64,000 bases of DNA from Clostridia bacterium (GTDB lineage Bacteria; Bacillota; Clostridia; Acetivibrionales; DTU013). The DNA lies in contig DATALQ010000018.1 of NCBI GenBank assembly GCA_036260935.1, forward strand, positions 34,378 through 98,377, in the 5' to 3' direction. How positions within the stretch are numbered: position 1 is the stretch's first letter; each line of letters begins with the position of its first letter. Below, in pieces: positions 18,201-26,038 of this stretch. The position numbers and the translations under genes were made by a program. The notes beneath the pieces are model-generated. The model saw only the letters and a list, made by a program, of their open reading frames with translations. It was not told where the DNA came from and searched no databases.

Positions 18201-20179
18201 ACAGTTGTGACGTTGCAGGGCTTGCCAATGGTACAACCTATTACTTTGCAGTCAAAGCAACTAATCCGGGCGGCGACAGTGCATATTCAAATGAAATCAG
18301 TGCAATGCCTCAGGTTTCCGCCCCATCTGCGCCAACAGGAGTTACTGCGGCCGGAGGAAATGCAAAGGTAACCTTGAATTGGAACAGCGTTACGGGAGCA
18401 ACAGGATATAAAATTTATCAATCGACAGCACCGGGCTCATACGGAGCGGCTCTTGCTACAACCGGCTCTGCCTGCACTTATGAAGCTACAGGGCTGACAA
18501 ACGGAGTAACCTATTACTTCGTTATAACGGCATCAAACGCCGGCGGTGACAGTCCGAAATCCGCCGAGGTAAGTTCAATACCCAAAACTGTACCAGGAGC
18601 ACCGACAAATGTAACGTCGACAGCCGGTAATGGAGAGGCTTCGGTAAGCTTTACCGCACCGGCCGATAACGGCGGAAGCACGATAACAGGCTACACCGTA
18701 ACCTCACACCCAGGCAATAAAACAGCAACAGGGACATCCGGCCCGATAACTGTAACAGGACTTACCAATGGAACTACATATACCTTTACAGTAACCGCAA
18801 CCAATACAGCAGGGACAGGCTTACCATCTGCGGCATCGAGTGCGGTTACTCCCCATGCACCATCCAACGGCGGAAATGACGACGATACCGGTACAACCAT
18901 ACAACCCACAACCCAGCCTCCAGCAAATACGGGCGTGGACATCCTGGTCAACGGCAAGACAGAAAATGTGGGAACAGCCACGACCACTACGGAGGGAAAC
19001 CTGACTGTAACAACAATTACAATAGATGATAAGAAGCTGGAGCAAAAGCTGGATGCCGAAGGCAACAATGCGGTAATTACTATCCCGGTCAATACTAAAG
19101 CAGACATTGTAGCCGGAGAACTGAATGGTCAAACAGTAAAAAACATGGAAAATAAACAGGCGGTACTCGAGGTAAAAACTGAAAATGCAACTTATACCCT
19201 GCCCGCACAGCAGATAAATATCAGTACAATATCGGAACAACTCGGAAGCGCTGTAGAGCTTAAGGACATCAAGGTGCAGGTAGAGATTGCAAAGGCTGCC
19301 GCTGAGAACGTCCAACTGCTGGAAAATTCAACAAAGCAGGGTGAATTCTCAATCATAGCTCCACCGGTCGAATTCAGCGTGAAATGTACTTATGGAGGCA
19401 AAACTGTTGAGGTTTCAAGCTTCAATACCTTTGTAGAAAGGACTATAGCAATACCCGACGGCATAGACCCATATAAAATTACCACTGGTGTAATTGTAGA
19501 CCCGGACGGGACTATAAGACATGTTCCTACCAGGGTAACGGTCATCAACAGCAAATATTATGCAGTCATCAATAGTCTGACCAACAGCCTTTACTCGGTA
19601 GTATGGCATCCGCTGGAATTCAAGGACGCCGCAAATCACTGGGCTAAGGAAGCCATCAATGACATGGGTTCCAGAATGGTCATCAGCGGAATAAGCAACG
19701 GTATGTTTGAACCGGACAAAGACATCACCCGCGCAGAATTTACAGCCGTCATAGTAAGGGCATTGGGACTCAAACCCGGTACAAGTAATAATAAATTCGC
19801 CGATGTCAATAGTTCGGACCGGTATTGCGACTATATAAAAACCGCGGCAGAGTACAAGATTATATACGGTTACGGCAACGGTAAATTCGGTCCTGATGAC
19901 ATAATAACCCGTGAACAGGCGGCGACAATGATTGCAAGGGCGATGAATATCACAGGCCTGAAGGCGCAGCTTTCAGACGTAGAAATGGATAGGTTACTTA
20001 CAAGCTTTGGAGATGCGGCTAAATCGGCGGATTATGCCAGAGATAGCATTGCTGTTTGTGTAAAGGCCGGAATTATATCTGGCCGGAACGGCAATCTGAT
20101 AGCTCCAAAGGAGAATATAACGAGAGCGGAGGCTGCGGTGTTAGTACAAAGACTATTGCTAAAGTCAAACCTGATATAA
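15269..20179 (+). CDS. Giant SLH-anchored surface protein (GLUG repeats, LamG-like lectin domain, 4x FN3, C-terminal SLH triplet)
   Basis: 1636 aa from ATG 15269 (GGAGGG SD). Signal peptide ending ISIRA. GLUG-type motifs (GGLVGQNFGTIENS, GGLAGAN, GGLIGQNTGTVSDS). LamG-like block (LTLEAWFQW...VNGEAQ...DGRIADVRFWN). FN3 modules. C-terminal SLH repeats (FKDAANHWAKEAINDM..., FADVNSSDRYCDYI..., FGDAAKSADYARDSI...). Confidence 0.85.
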   Translation: MRKLPWRLGSLVLAMVLLLSAFPISIRAVDEEWIDISDSIGLSSIGSNLSGNYRLTADIDLHGTEWNPIGPFSGKLDGNSKVIRNFSINDTSVSNKGLFSSIEVSGQISNLGIENANITAGSNTGILAGTNSGTISRSYTKGSVNGYEYVGGLVGQNFGTIENSFTQASVSGKDYLGGLAGANSVPGIVKTSYASASCSPSVFNNYMEFNGTPVGNYSAPNSGGYIDIPHKDVYVGDKFTLEAWFQWDDVGTTDCNFIMGKGYEQFEIHTGGGSGVNGLRFIPIWNEGGDSWIDIKNVIQPGWFHVAAVYEYDSIQKQATARFYVNGEAQDLWRGSVNLGKVATLNRTFNTLGYDKSTGAYVKKVNPINIGRRTDGWFYFDGRIADVRFWNIARTGEDIKRDKDKVLTGNETGLAGYWKLNEASGDAVDSSTTSNNGTLTGDVVRTSETAATHKGGLIGQNTGTVSDSYYDLEVSGQSDAVGTPKSTDDMKLQSTFTNWNFISIWGLDSGINGGYPYLLPEINTASVNMTAPSAGAVPQTAAQVENTTSNADYTVSDVVWNEALTAGNRFKAGQVYTATVTLTSKNGKKFPTEAFTPTVAGASSVGTTTSNGMGVGNTVTFTVTFPATAAKTVTGIQIKNQPLDLIYTEGESLNLAGLEVTLTYNDSSTADVAEADFTANGITASPANGAILTVAAHDGHAVTLSCNGYNAITNNLTVTVEAAPTYTIAAISDQTMAAKTAGYGSGTQETKTITVTRTGTGDLANLAVSLSGGGSSSFVVTQPLAAALNSETPSTTFTVKAKDGLAAGTYTGTVTISADNMTNVTFTVTQAVNPLSAPAILSAVAGNEHVVINWNSVDEATGYKIFCSNASGLYGLELATVSGSVNSFDATGLTNGTTYYFVVKASNGEVDSDNSNEVSATPQVAATGAPVLQSANAGDGHVNISWSGVAGSTGYKVYVSTTSGSYATPATTVAGAVYSCDVAGLANGTTYYFAVKATNPGGDSAYSNEISAMPQVSAPSAPTGVTAAGGNAKVTLNWNSVTGATGYKIYQSTAPGSYGAALATTGSACTYEATGLTNGVTYYFVITASNAGGDSPKSAEVSSIPKTVPGAPTNVTSTAGNGEASVSFTAPADNGGSTITGYTVTSHPGNKTATGTSGPITVTGLTNGTTYTFTVTATNTAGTGLPSAASSAVTPHAPSNGGNDDDTGTTIQPTTQPPANTGVDILVNGKTENVGTATTTTEGNLTVTTITIDDKKLEQKLDAEGNNAVITIPVNTKADIVAGELNGQTVKNMENKQAVLEVKTENATYTLPAQQINISTISEQLGSAVELKDIKVQVEIAKAAAENVQLLENSTKQGEFSIIAPPVEFSVKCTYGGKTVEVSSFNTFVERTIAIPDGIDPYKITTGVIVDPDGTIRHVPTRVTVINSKYYAVINSLTNSLYSVVWHPLEFKDAANHWAKEAINDMGSRMVISGISNGMFEPDKDITRAEFTAVIVRALGLKPGTSNNKFADVNSSDRYCDYIKTAAEYKIIYGYGNGKFGPDDIITREQAATMIARAMNITGLKAQLSDVEMDRLLTSFGDAAKSADYARDSIAVCVKAGIISGRNGNLIAPKENITRAEAAVLVQRLLLKSNLI
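17770..18855 (+). repeat. Four tandem fibronectin type III modules inside the giant surface protein
   Basis: Four consecutive ~88-aa units share (I/L)(N/S)W..V.GATGYK(I/V)..S...G.Y......S..(Y/F)..TGL(T/A)NG(T/V)TYYF.(V/I).A.N..G(D/E)S..S.E(V/I)S. The fourth unit is more divergent. Confidence 0.8.
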
Positions 20180-20210
20180 ACGGGTAATAAAACAACCTCC
20201 TGATTTTTTA

Positions 20211-20236
20211 AGGCTGCAATCCGCGGATTGCAGCCT
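20211..20236 (+). terminator. Perfect 26-nt palindrome after the giant surface-protein gene
   Basis: AGGCTGCAATCCG/CGGATTGCAGCCT lies 32 nt after the stop. There is no downstream U-tract on the plus strand (a T6 run precedes it). Confidence 0.5.
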
Positions 20237-20471
20237 CAGATATATCGGTAATAACAAATTGTACATATTTCTAGCGGAATAAATCCGTATTCCCAATCTT
20301 TCAGGAAGATTGATCATAAGCTAACGTTAAAATATTGTTACAAATCCATTTCTGTTCTTGTGCTCCTGATTTAACCAAGTGTATACTTGAGTTATAGATA
20401 TCTTTCATTACACAGAAGAGAAGGCCGCCTTTTGACCGGCGAAGCCAGGAGCTTCGTCCAGAGGGGAAAAA

Positions 20472-21515
20472 ATGACCGGATTATTGAAATCACTCTTATC
20501 CATTTCAATTGTTATCTTTCTATTTGTTACCATAACGCCGGCGGTTTTTGCTGAGAGCAATCAAACTGGTGCTGTTTCCGTGGATGTACTGAATCTGAGG
20601 CAAAGCCCGACAGTGACTTCAAAGATTTTGGATCAGCTTTCAAAAGGTATGATGGTGTTGATCACGGAAAAACGGGATGATTGGTACAAGATCACGGTGC
20701 ATGAAAATGGCAGGAGCTTGACAGGCTGGGTATTGGGCCAGTATGTTTCCATAAATCAAAAGGACAGTTCTGGTGGAAATCATGATGCTGCATACAACCA
20801 GGGGAGCAGCTTTGATATAGAAAACAGCAATCCGATCGATCCGGTTGATACGGGGTTGACTGGTGCAGGCCAGGCAGGTACGATTAGTACCATCAACACA
20901 AGTATAATCCATACAATCAGTACAGATGCAAATAATGTTTCGAGGGTAGGAACAATTAATGCGTATTCTATTAGTGTTATAAGTGCAAGTAAGGTCAATG
21001 CAATCAATACAAGTACGATCAGCGTAATCAGCTTAAACCCGATTAGCTCGAGTCCGGCCGCTGCTACGGATCCAGTGGACGCAAGTTTTGCCGGAGCGGG
21101 TTCAACCGGATCAAATCCCGGTATCGTACCTAATGTGGATGAATTGGTCCAGTTTGCGAAATCTCTTTTAGGGACACCGTATGTTTATGGGGGTATGTCG
21201 CCTGCCGGCTTTGATTGTTCCGGGTTTACCAGCTATGTATTTGGAGCATTCGGAATAAGGCTGGAACGGGTATCATCAGACCAGGCCAAACAGGGGATAG
21301 AGATTTTAAAAGAGAATCTCAAGCCCGGGGATCTGGTGTTTTTTGATACGAATGGCGGACACAGCGTTATAAACCACACTGGAATATTCATAGGCGATGG
21401 GAAATTCATTCATGCTTCCTCCGGTACATCCCATTGTGTCATCATTTCCGATTTGACAACCGGCTATTATTCCGAAAATTATATCACTGCCCGCTCTATA
21501 CTCAACACGCCATAG
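20472..21515 (+). CDS. SH3b + NlpC/P60 (C40) cell-wall peptidase
   Basis: 347 aa. Signal peptide. SH3b-like VDVLNLRQSPT...DDWYKI. A low-complexity Ile/Ser/Thr/Asn linker. C-terminal NlpC/P60 core GTPYVYGGMSPAGFDCSGF...HTGIFIGDGKFIHAS. Confidence 0.85.
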   Translation: MTGLLKSLLSISIVIFLFVTITPAVFAESNQTGAVSVDVLNLRQSPTVTSKILDQLSKGMMVLITEKRDDWYKITVHENGRSLTGWVLGQYVSINQKDSSGGNHDAAYNQGSSFDIENSNPIDPVDTGLTGAGQAGTISTINTSIIHTISTDANNVSRVGTINAYSISVISASKVNAINTSTISVISLNPISSSPAAATDPVDASFAGAGSTGSNPGIVPNVDELVQFAKSLLGTPYVYGGMSPAGFDCSGFTSYVFGAFGIRLERVSSDQAKQGIEILKENLKPGDLVFFDTNGGHSVINHTGIFIGDGKFIHASSGTSHCVIISDLTTGYYSENYITARSILNTP

Positions 21516-21679
21516 GAGCACTTAATAAACTTGCTCCTTTCATTCGTCCTGACTGCAAGTCCGTATCGATAAGGCAAAACTATATTGCATTGGAAAAGAG
21601 AAGTTCCTGGATGAGTTCGGAGAAATAGGAAAGGTACTAGCTGACGAATGCAACTAAAACGGCTTCACGTTGTGCTTGC

Positions 21680-24052
21680 TTAGGAATTATCCAGCGGCGT
21701 ATTTTCAATAAGCTCCCCGATTTGGGATTCCTTCAACGGCAGACTGAGATAGTAGCCCTGCAGATAATCGCAGCCGGATTTTGCCAGATAATCCAGCTGT
21801 TCCTTAGTCTCAACCCCTTCTGCCAGGGTTTCTATATTCAGCTTTTGCGCCAGCGAAATGATTGCTTCCGTCAGGCCGTTTTTCTCACTGCTGCGTCCGA
21901 TTTCCTGAACGAAGGATTTGTCAATTTTGAGTAAAGAAATCGGCAGTAGTCTCAGATAGCTCAGCGACGAATATCCGGTGCCAAAATCGTCCATAGCCAG
22001 TCCAATGCCGGATTCCTTCAGCTTCCACAATACGCTGTACGGATCGTGTTCATTTCCAATAAAAACGCTCTCCGTAACCTCCAGATCGAGATTTTTGGGA
22101 TCAATACCCGAAGAATTTATACATTCCATTACTGTCTCATAAAAATGAGGATGCTTGATCTGAACGGCGGAGATATTAACAGACATAATAATTGGGGCAT
22201 GGTATTCCGTAATGATTTTACTGCACATCATGCATGCGGTTTTCAGTACCCAGGCGCCAATTGGTACGATAAGCCCGGTCTCCTCTGCGATAGGGATAAA
22301 TTCCATTGGACTGATTGGGCCCAATTCGGAGCTATTCCATCTAAGGAGAGCTTCCAATCCGCGGAGTTTAACTGTATCAGCCGAGTATTGCGGTTGGTAG
22401 ACAAGTGAAAGCTCCTCATTTTCCATCGCTTTACGCAGCATGCGTTCCAGTTCGGTTTTACGAAGAAGCTCCGACTTCATGCTTTCCGTAAAGAATTGAT
22501 AGGTGTTCTTTCCCATTTCCTTGGACTTGTACATGGCGGTATCTGCGTTTTTCAGCAATTCCTCCACTGTTGTGCCATCTTTGGGGAATACCGAGATTCC
22601 GATGCTTACAGTCAGGTTTATGGTTTTATTTTTTATGTCGAAGGGTTCGTTAAACTGTTCCATTATCTTATCAAGATATGGGGTAATCTCGTCCGTGCTT
22701 TCTATATTGGACAGAACGATGGAAAACTCGTCTCCGCTTAGGCGCGCTATAAAATCATCGTCTCCGATGCCGTTCATAAGCCGCTTTGATGTTGAAACCA
22801 GCAGTTCGTTGCCAATGGAGTGCCCGAGCGTATCATTGATTCTCTTAAAGTTGTCAAGGTCCAAAAAGGCAATTGCAAATTTGGAGGAGGAATGCTCCGA
22901 TATGGATATGCATTCATTCAGATGCTCGATAAAGAGGGCTCTGTTTGCCAGTTGGGTGAGGGAATCGTGATAGGCCATCTCAAGAATGGTGGCCCTGTGT
23001 TCGTTGAGTTCATTTAATTGTTCGTGGAGCTCCTCCTCGGAAGCGCTGATTTCTTCATAGAGCGCTGTTAGTTCCTCGTTTTTGCTTTCAAGGCTTTTGA
23101 TGATCGGGTTCGATATCTGCCTTGCCAGGAAATATCCGACGATCGAGGTAATGATCGTGATCAGGACGCCAAACACGATTATGACGGTAGTTAATGATTT
23201 GATCGGGGCTTCAAATTCGTTCATATTACCGACAATGACGAGCATCCATTTTGTTCTGGCGATCAGGGAACAGGCACCGATCATATCCTGACCGTTTTCC
23301 GAGTACCGGACTATGGCAGGCGAGGATTTCCCGTCATCCTGAATTTTAGTCATAATCTCACGAATTTCGGGATTTTCTACAGGATGACCAATTTTTTTCG
23401 TGTCGGGGTGGTAAATGATGTTCCCGTTTTCATCGATCAGATACGCATAACTGGAATCGGCTCCGTTCAGCTTCATACCCTTCAAATTTACGGCCATGCT
23501 GTCCGAACGGATTGCGCTTGCTATATACCCCAGGAACTCTCCGTTCTTCGGAGAAAAAACAGGATATGTAGCAACAAAGATCTGTGAGCCTTGAAATCTG
23601 GATTGCAGTGTTTCACTGATAACGGACGCTTTTGCTGCAACGGTCCTTTTATGATAATTGCGATCGGAAAGAACCATGCCGACTTCCGAGGTATTGTTTG
23701 TGGCCAGGCTTATTCCAACGGTATTGTTCAGGAATACCCCAATCAGATTTGGTTTGTTCTCGGCGTATTTGATCATTAGTTTGTTCACGGTATCAATCTT
23801 ATATTGGTTGCTTTGATCTGTCAGCAGTGCCAGTACATTGGAATCGGATGCCAGGGATGCCTGGAGATTGATTTCCTTCTCAATCAGTTCGGATATCATC
23901 TGATTATGGGATTTGGTGAGCTCGATGGCAGAGTTTTTTATCAGATTGCTGATGATATCGGTAGACCTGCTATAAGAAAATAATCCTGTGATGATAATTA
24001 CAGCATTGAGAAGAACAATAATCATCAAAGTTAGTCTGGATCTGATATTCAT
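21680..24052 (-). CDS. dCache sensor - GGDEF - EAL c-di-GMP turnover protein
   Basis: About 790 aa from ATG 24052 (MNIRSRLTLMIIV). Two TM segments flank a Cache-like region. GGDEF domain with SGDEF at the signature position. EAL domain with GLEALLRW, DDFGTGYSSL, KIDKSF and EGVET motifs intact. Confidence 0.85.
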   Translation of the reverse strand: MNIRSRLTLMIIVLLNAVIIITGLFSYSRSTDIISNLIKNSAIELTKSHNQMISELIEKEINLQASLASDSNVLALLTDQSNQYKIDTVNKLMIKYAENKPNLIGVFLNNTVGISLATNNTSEVGMVLSDRNYHKRTVAAKASVISETLQSRFQGSQIFVATYPVFSPKNGEFLGYIASAIRSDSMAVNLKGMKLNGADSSYAYLIDENGNIIYHPDTKKIGHPVENPEIREIMTKIQDDGKSSPAIVRYSENGQDMIGACSLIARTKWMLVIVGNMNEFEAPIKSLTTVIIVFGVLITIITSIVGYFLARQISNPIIKSLESKNEELTALYEEISASEEELHEQLNELNEHRATILEMAYHDSLTQLANRALFIEHLNECISISEHSSSKFAIAFLDLDNFKRINDTLGHSIGNELLVSTSKRLMNGIGDDDFIARLSGDEFSIVLSNIESTDEITPYLDKIMEQFNEPFDIKNKTINLTVSIGISVFPKDGTTVEELLKNADTAMYKSKEMGKNTYQFFTESMKSELLRKTELERMLRKAMENEELSLVYQPQYSADTVKLRGLEALLRWNSSELGPISPMEFIPIAEETGLIVPIGAWVLKTACMMCSKIITEYHAPIIMSVNISAVQIKHPHFYETVMECINSSGIDPKNLDLEVTESVFIGNEHDPYSVLWKLKESGIGLAMDDFGTGYSSLSYLRLLPISLLKIDKSFVQEIGRSSEKNGLTEAIISLAQKLNIETLAEGVETKEQLDYLAKSGCDYLQGYYLSLPLKESQIGELIENTPLDNS

Positions 24053-24267
24053 ACAGCCCCCATAGTAATTTAAATAACATAACTGCAAAAAACCACTCGG
24101 GATTGAGAAAAAACAATAGATTAATTTATTTTAGCAAATTCGACAAGGATTTACAATAAAAAACAAAATATTATCATACGCTCCTATTTCCAGCCATGTT
24201 ATAACCTTCCTGAAATTGTATATAATATCCTATAAAATATATCAATCATGGAAGGTGGGATTTATCA

Positions 24268-24783
24268 ATGTATGAGAATGTTACATACGCCGAGCTTAAG
24301 GGGCTCCCGAAAGAGCAGAAAACTGAGGCTTTGAAGGAATTGAAGACCCTGTATAAAACTCAGAAGGAGTTGGCGGGGAAACTGGGTGTAAGCCCGAATC
24401 TTCTATACAATATGATGGCGAGGTATGTGAAGGACAGACCTGTCGAAAGTGAAGAGACCGGTGAGCCGGAAGCATTGGAGAAGCCCGGAATGTTGGAGAA
24501 GCCCGTAAAGACCAGGCGTCGCTTACAAAAGCAGACGATAGAACAAACGGTGCAAAAGCAAAGGGCGCCGAAACAGAGAATGCAGAGACAGAAACTGCAG
24601 GAACAGGCTTCTGCGGCTCCTGAGATTTTGACCCTGCCTCCGGAAACAAAGGATGAAACGTTTTCCATATCGATAAAGAAAACGGTATCCGGAGAGGAAG
24701 CCCAGGTTTTCCTGAACGGAATTGGCGTTACTCTTTTAAAGGGTCAGCAATACGCCGTTGAGGTGAAAATTACAGAAAAATAA
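24268..24783 (+). CDS. Hypothetical protein with N-terminal HTH-like segment
   Basis: 171 aa. Good SD (GGAAGGTGGG). KELAGKLGVSPNLLYNMMARYV resembles an HTH. Central Gln/Lys/Arg-rich linker. No family recognised. Confidence 0.5.
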   Translation: MYENVTYAELKGLPKEQKTEALKELKTLYKTQKELAGKLGVSPNLLYNMMARYVKDRPVESEETGEPEALEKPGMLEKPVKTRRRLQKQTIEQTVQKQRAPKQRMQRQKLQEQASAAPEILTLPPETKDETFSISIKKTVSGEEAQVFLNGIGVTLLKGQQYAVEVKITEK

Positions 24784-24933
24784 GCGGGAAGTAATCCTTC
24801 GGAAAACTGAACAATACCGAGTGCTTCAGGGAGCCTTTACCGGTTTGCCTCCACGTTAATCACGCCGAGGGAACAAAAGGGAGGATAATGGTCCCTGTTA
24901 TCGCCCTGCTCGCTTTTGAGCGGGGCAGTTCGG

Positions 24934-25167
24934 CTATTTCCATATATCGTCCGTCATTTTCTTTATGGCCCGCCTCCTTGCGTCCATAGCCGCAGCATCA
25001 ATTTTGTACTCCCCGGCGCTGACGTGCAGGACATCGCCCTCCTAGGCTTCGGGAGGCAATTTGCTGCGCTCTATATTAATCATCTTTTCGTTCTCATCTT
25101 CACATACGGTGAAGCTGCCTTCAAATAATCGGCTGCTATTGCTTTTTTGTCTCCTATCATTTACCAT
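24934..25167 (-). pseudogene. DUF3006-like gene interrupted by an in-frame TAG
   Basis: Minus-strand reading gives MVNDRRQKSNSSRLFEGSFTVCEDENEKMINIERSKLPPEA*EGDVLHVSAGEYKIDAAAMDARRRAIKKMTDDIWK. It matches the DUF3006 pattern (..RFEG..AVCE...g.m..i....LP...kEGDVL...). The TAG at 25042-25044 sits where family members usually have Lys. No SD is visible. Confidence 0.5.
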
Positions 25168-25213
25168 GAATGTAAGATGGTAAATTACAGTTATTAAGAA
25201 TTGGGGTGTTTTG

Positions 25214-25906
25214 ATGGCGGCTTATATTACCAATAAGATTGGAGAAGGCTTTTATTCTATTGAACAGGATTTTGTCCGCAGTTTTCTGATTGAAGGGGAC
25301 AGGGAAGCTCTTCTGGTCGACACCGGAATCGGCGGAGGCAATCTGAAACAATGCGTGGAGGAGATAACAAAACTCCCGGTAACCGTCATATTCACACATG
25401 CGGACGGTGACCACATTGGTGACGCCGGACAGTTTGAGCGGCGTTTCATGCATCCTAGCGAATTCGACTATTACAGGAATAAAAATAAAAATTCTGTTCC
25501 TATGGAGCCCATCTGGGAGGGCGATATCATCGATCTGGGCAGCTACCGCTTTGAAGTGATACTGATACCGGGCCATACTCCGGGCAGTATCGCGTTGCTC
25601 GAAAGGGAAAAACGTTTTCTCATCGGAGGGGACAGTATTCAAACCGGCAGCATATATATGTTTGGAGACGGGCGCAATTTCCATGCCTACCGTGCCAGCA
25701 TGAAGAAGCTGCAGGGCAGAATCGGGGATTTCGATACGGTATACGCGTCCCATAGTGCTCTTTCTGTAAAGGCGGATATGATTTATACACTTTATGAGAC
25801 CGCCGGCAGGATAATGAATAATGAAATTGCCGGGATACCGGAACAGCGTTTCGATGGGAAAGTAAAATGTTATCAGGCCAATGGCGTGAGCTTTTATGCA
25901 ATATGA
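25214..25906 (+). CDS. MBL-fold metallo-hydrolase
   Basis: 230 aa. Metal motif FTHADGDHIGD, later GHTPGS and a C-terminal His. GGGGTG SD. Confidence 0.8.
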   Translation: MAAYITNKIGEGFYSIEQDFVRSFLIEGDREALLVDTGIGGGNLKQCVEEITKLPVTVIFTHADGDHIGDAGQFERRFMHPSEFDYYRNKNKNSVPMEPIWEGDIIDLGSYRFEVILIPGHTPGSIALLEREKRFLIGGDSIQTGSIYMFGDGRNFHAYRASMKKLQGRIGDFDTVYASHSALSVKADMIYTLYETAGRIMNNEIAGIPEQRFDGKVKCYQANGVSFYAI

Positions 25907-25938
25907 GTTTTTTGCGCTTTAAATTCCACTTATATTAA

Positions 25939-25967
25939 TTGAAATTGAATAAACGGGAACATATACT
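25939..25967 (+). promoter_or_regulatory. Candidate promoter of the isomerase gene
   Basis: TTGAAA (25939-25944), 17 nt, TATACT (25962-25967). Confidence 0.45.
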
Positions 25968-25977
25968 TGAAATAGAC

Positions 25978-26022
25978 GCAGTAATCGTAGTAATCGCAGT
26001 AATCGCAGTAACCACAGCAATC
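25978..26022 (+). repeat. Five tandem 9-nt repeats (GCAGTAATC consensus)
   Basis: GCAGTAATC GTAGTAATC GCAGTAATC GCAGTAACC ACAGCAATC. It lies between the candidate -10 and the AGGAGG SD (26025-26030) of the isomerase gene. Confidence 0.9.
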
Positions 26023-26038
26023 ACAGGAGGAATGTGAC

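Noticed and set aside
20237-20471. Looked for a ydaO-type c-di-AMP riboswitch upstream of the NlpC/P60 gene, a common association.
   Set aside because: The conserved G-rich/ACCC-type cores I remember from the motif are absent. Only a small hairpin CGAAGC-CAGGA-GCTTCG lies near the SD.
20870-21060. Ile/Asn/Ser/Thr-rich quasi-repetitive linker in the NlpC/P60 protein (TISTINTSIIHTIST...INTSTISVISLNPISS).
   Set aside because: It is a low-complexity inter-domain linker without a clean DNA-level repeat unit. This is ordinary for secreted cell-wall hydrolases.
25042-25044. Considered whether the in-frame TAG in the DUF3006-like gene could encode pyrrolysine or be programmed read-through.
   Set aside because: No pyl genes or PYLIS-like context are visible in the window and the gene lacks an SD. 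A nonsense mutation or sequencing error is the simpler explanation.
25978-26022. Considered whether the 9-nt tandem repeats could be a CRISPR-like array.
   Set aside because: The units are contiguous with no spacers and far too short, and no cas genes are present. Reported as a tandem repeat instead.
25939-26037. TTG-initiated 32-codon ORF reading through the 9-nt repeats (..EIDAVIVVIAVIAVTTAITGGM*), ending 1 nt before the isomerase ATG (possible leader peptide).
   Set aside because: There is no SD and the start would coincide with the predicted -35 box. The hydrophobic 'AVI' run is just the repeat read in frame.
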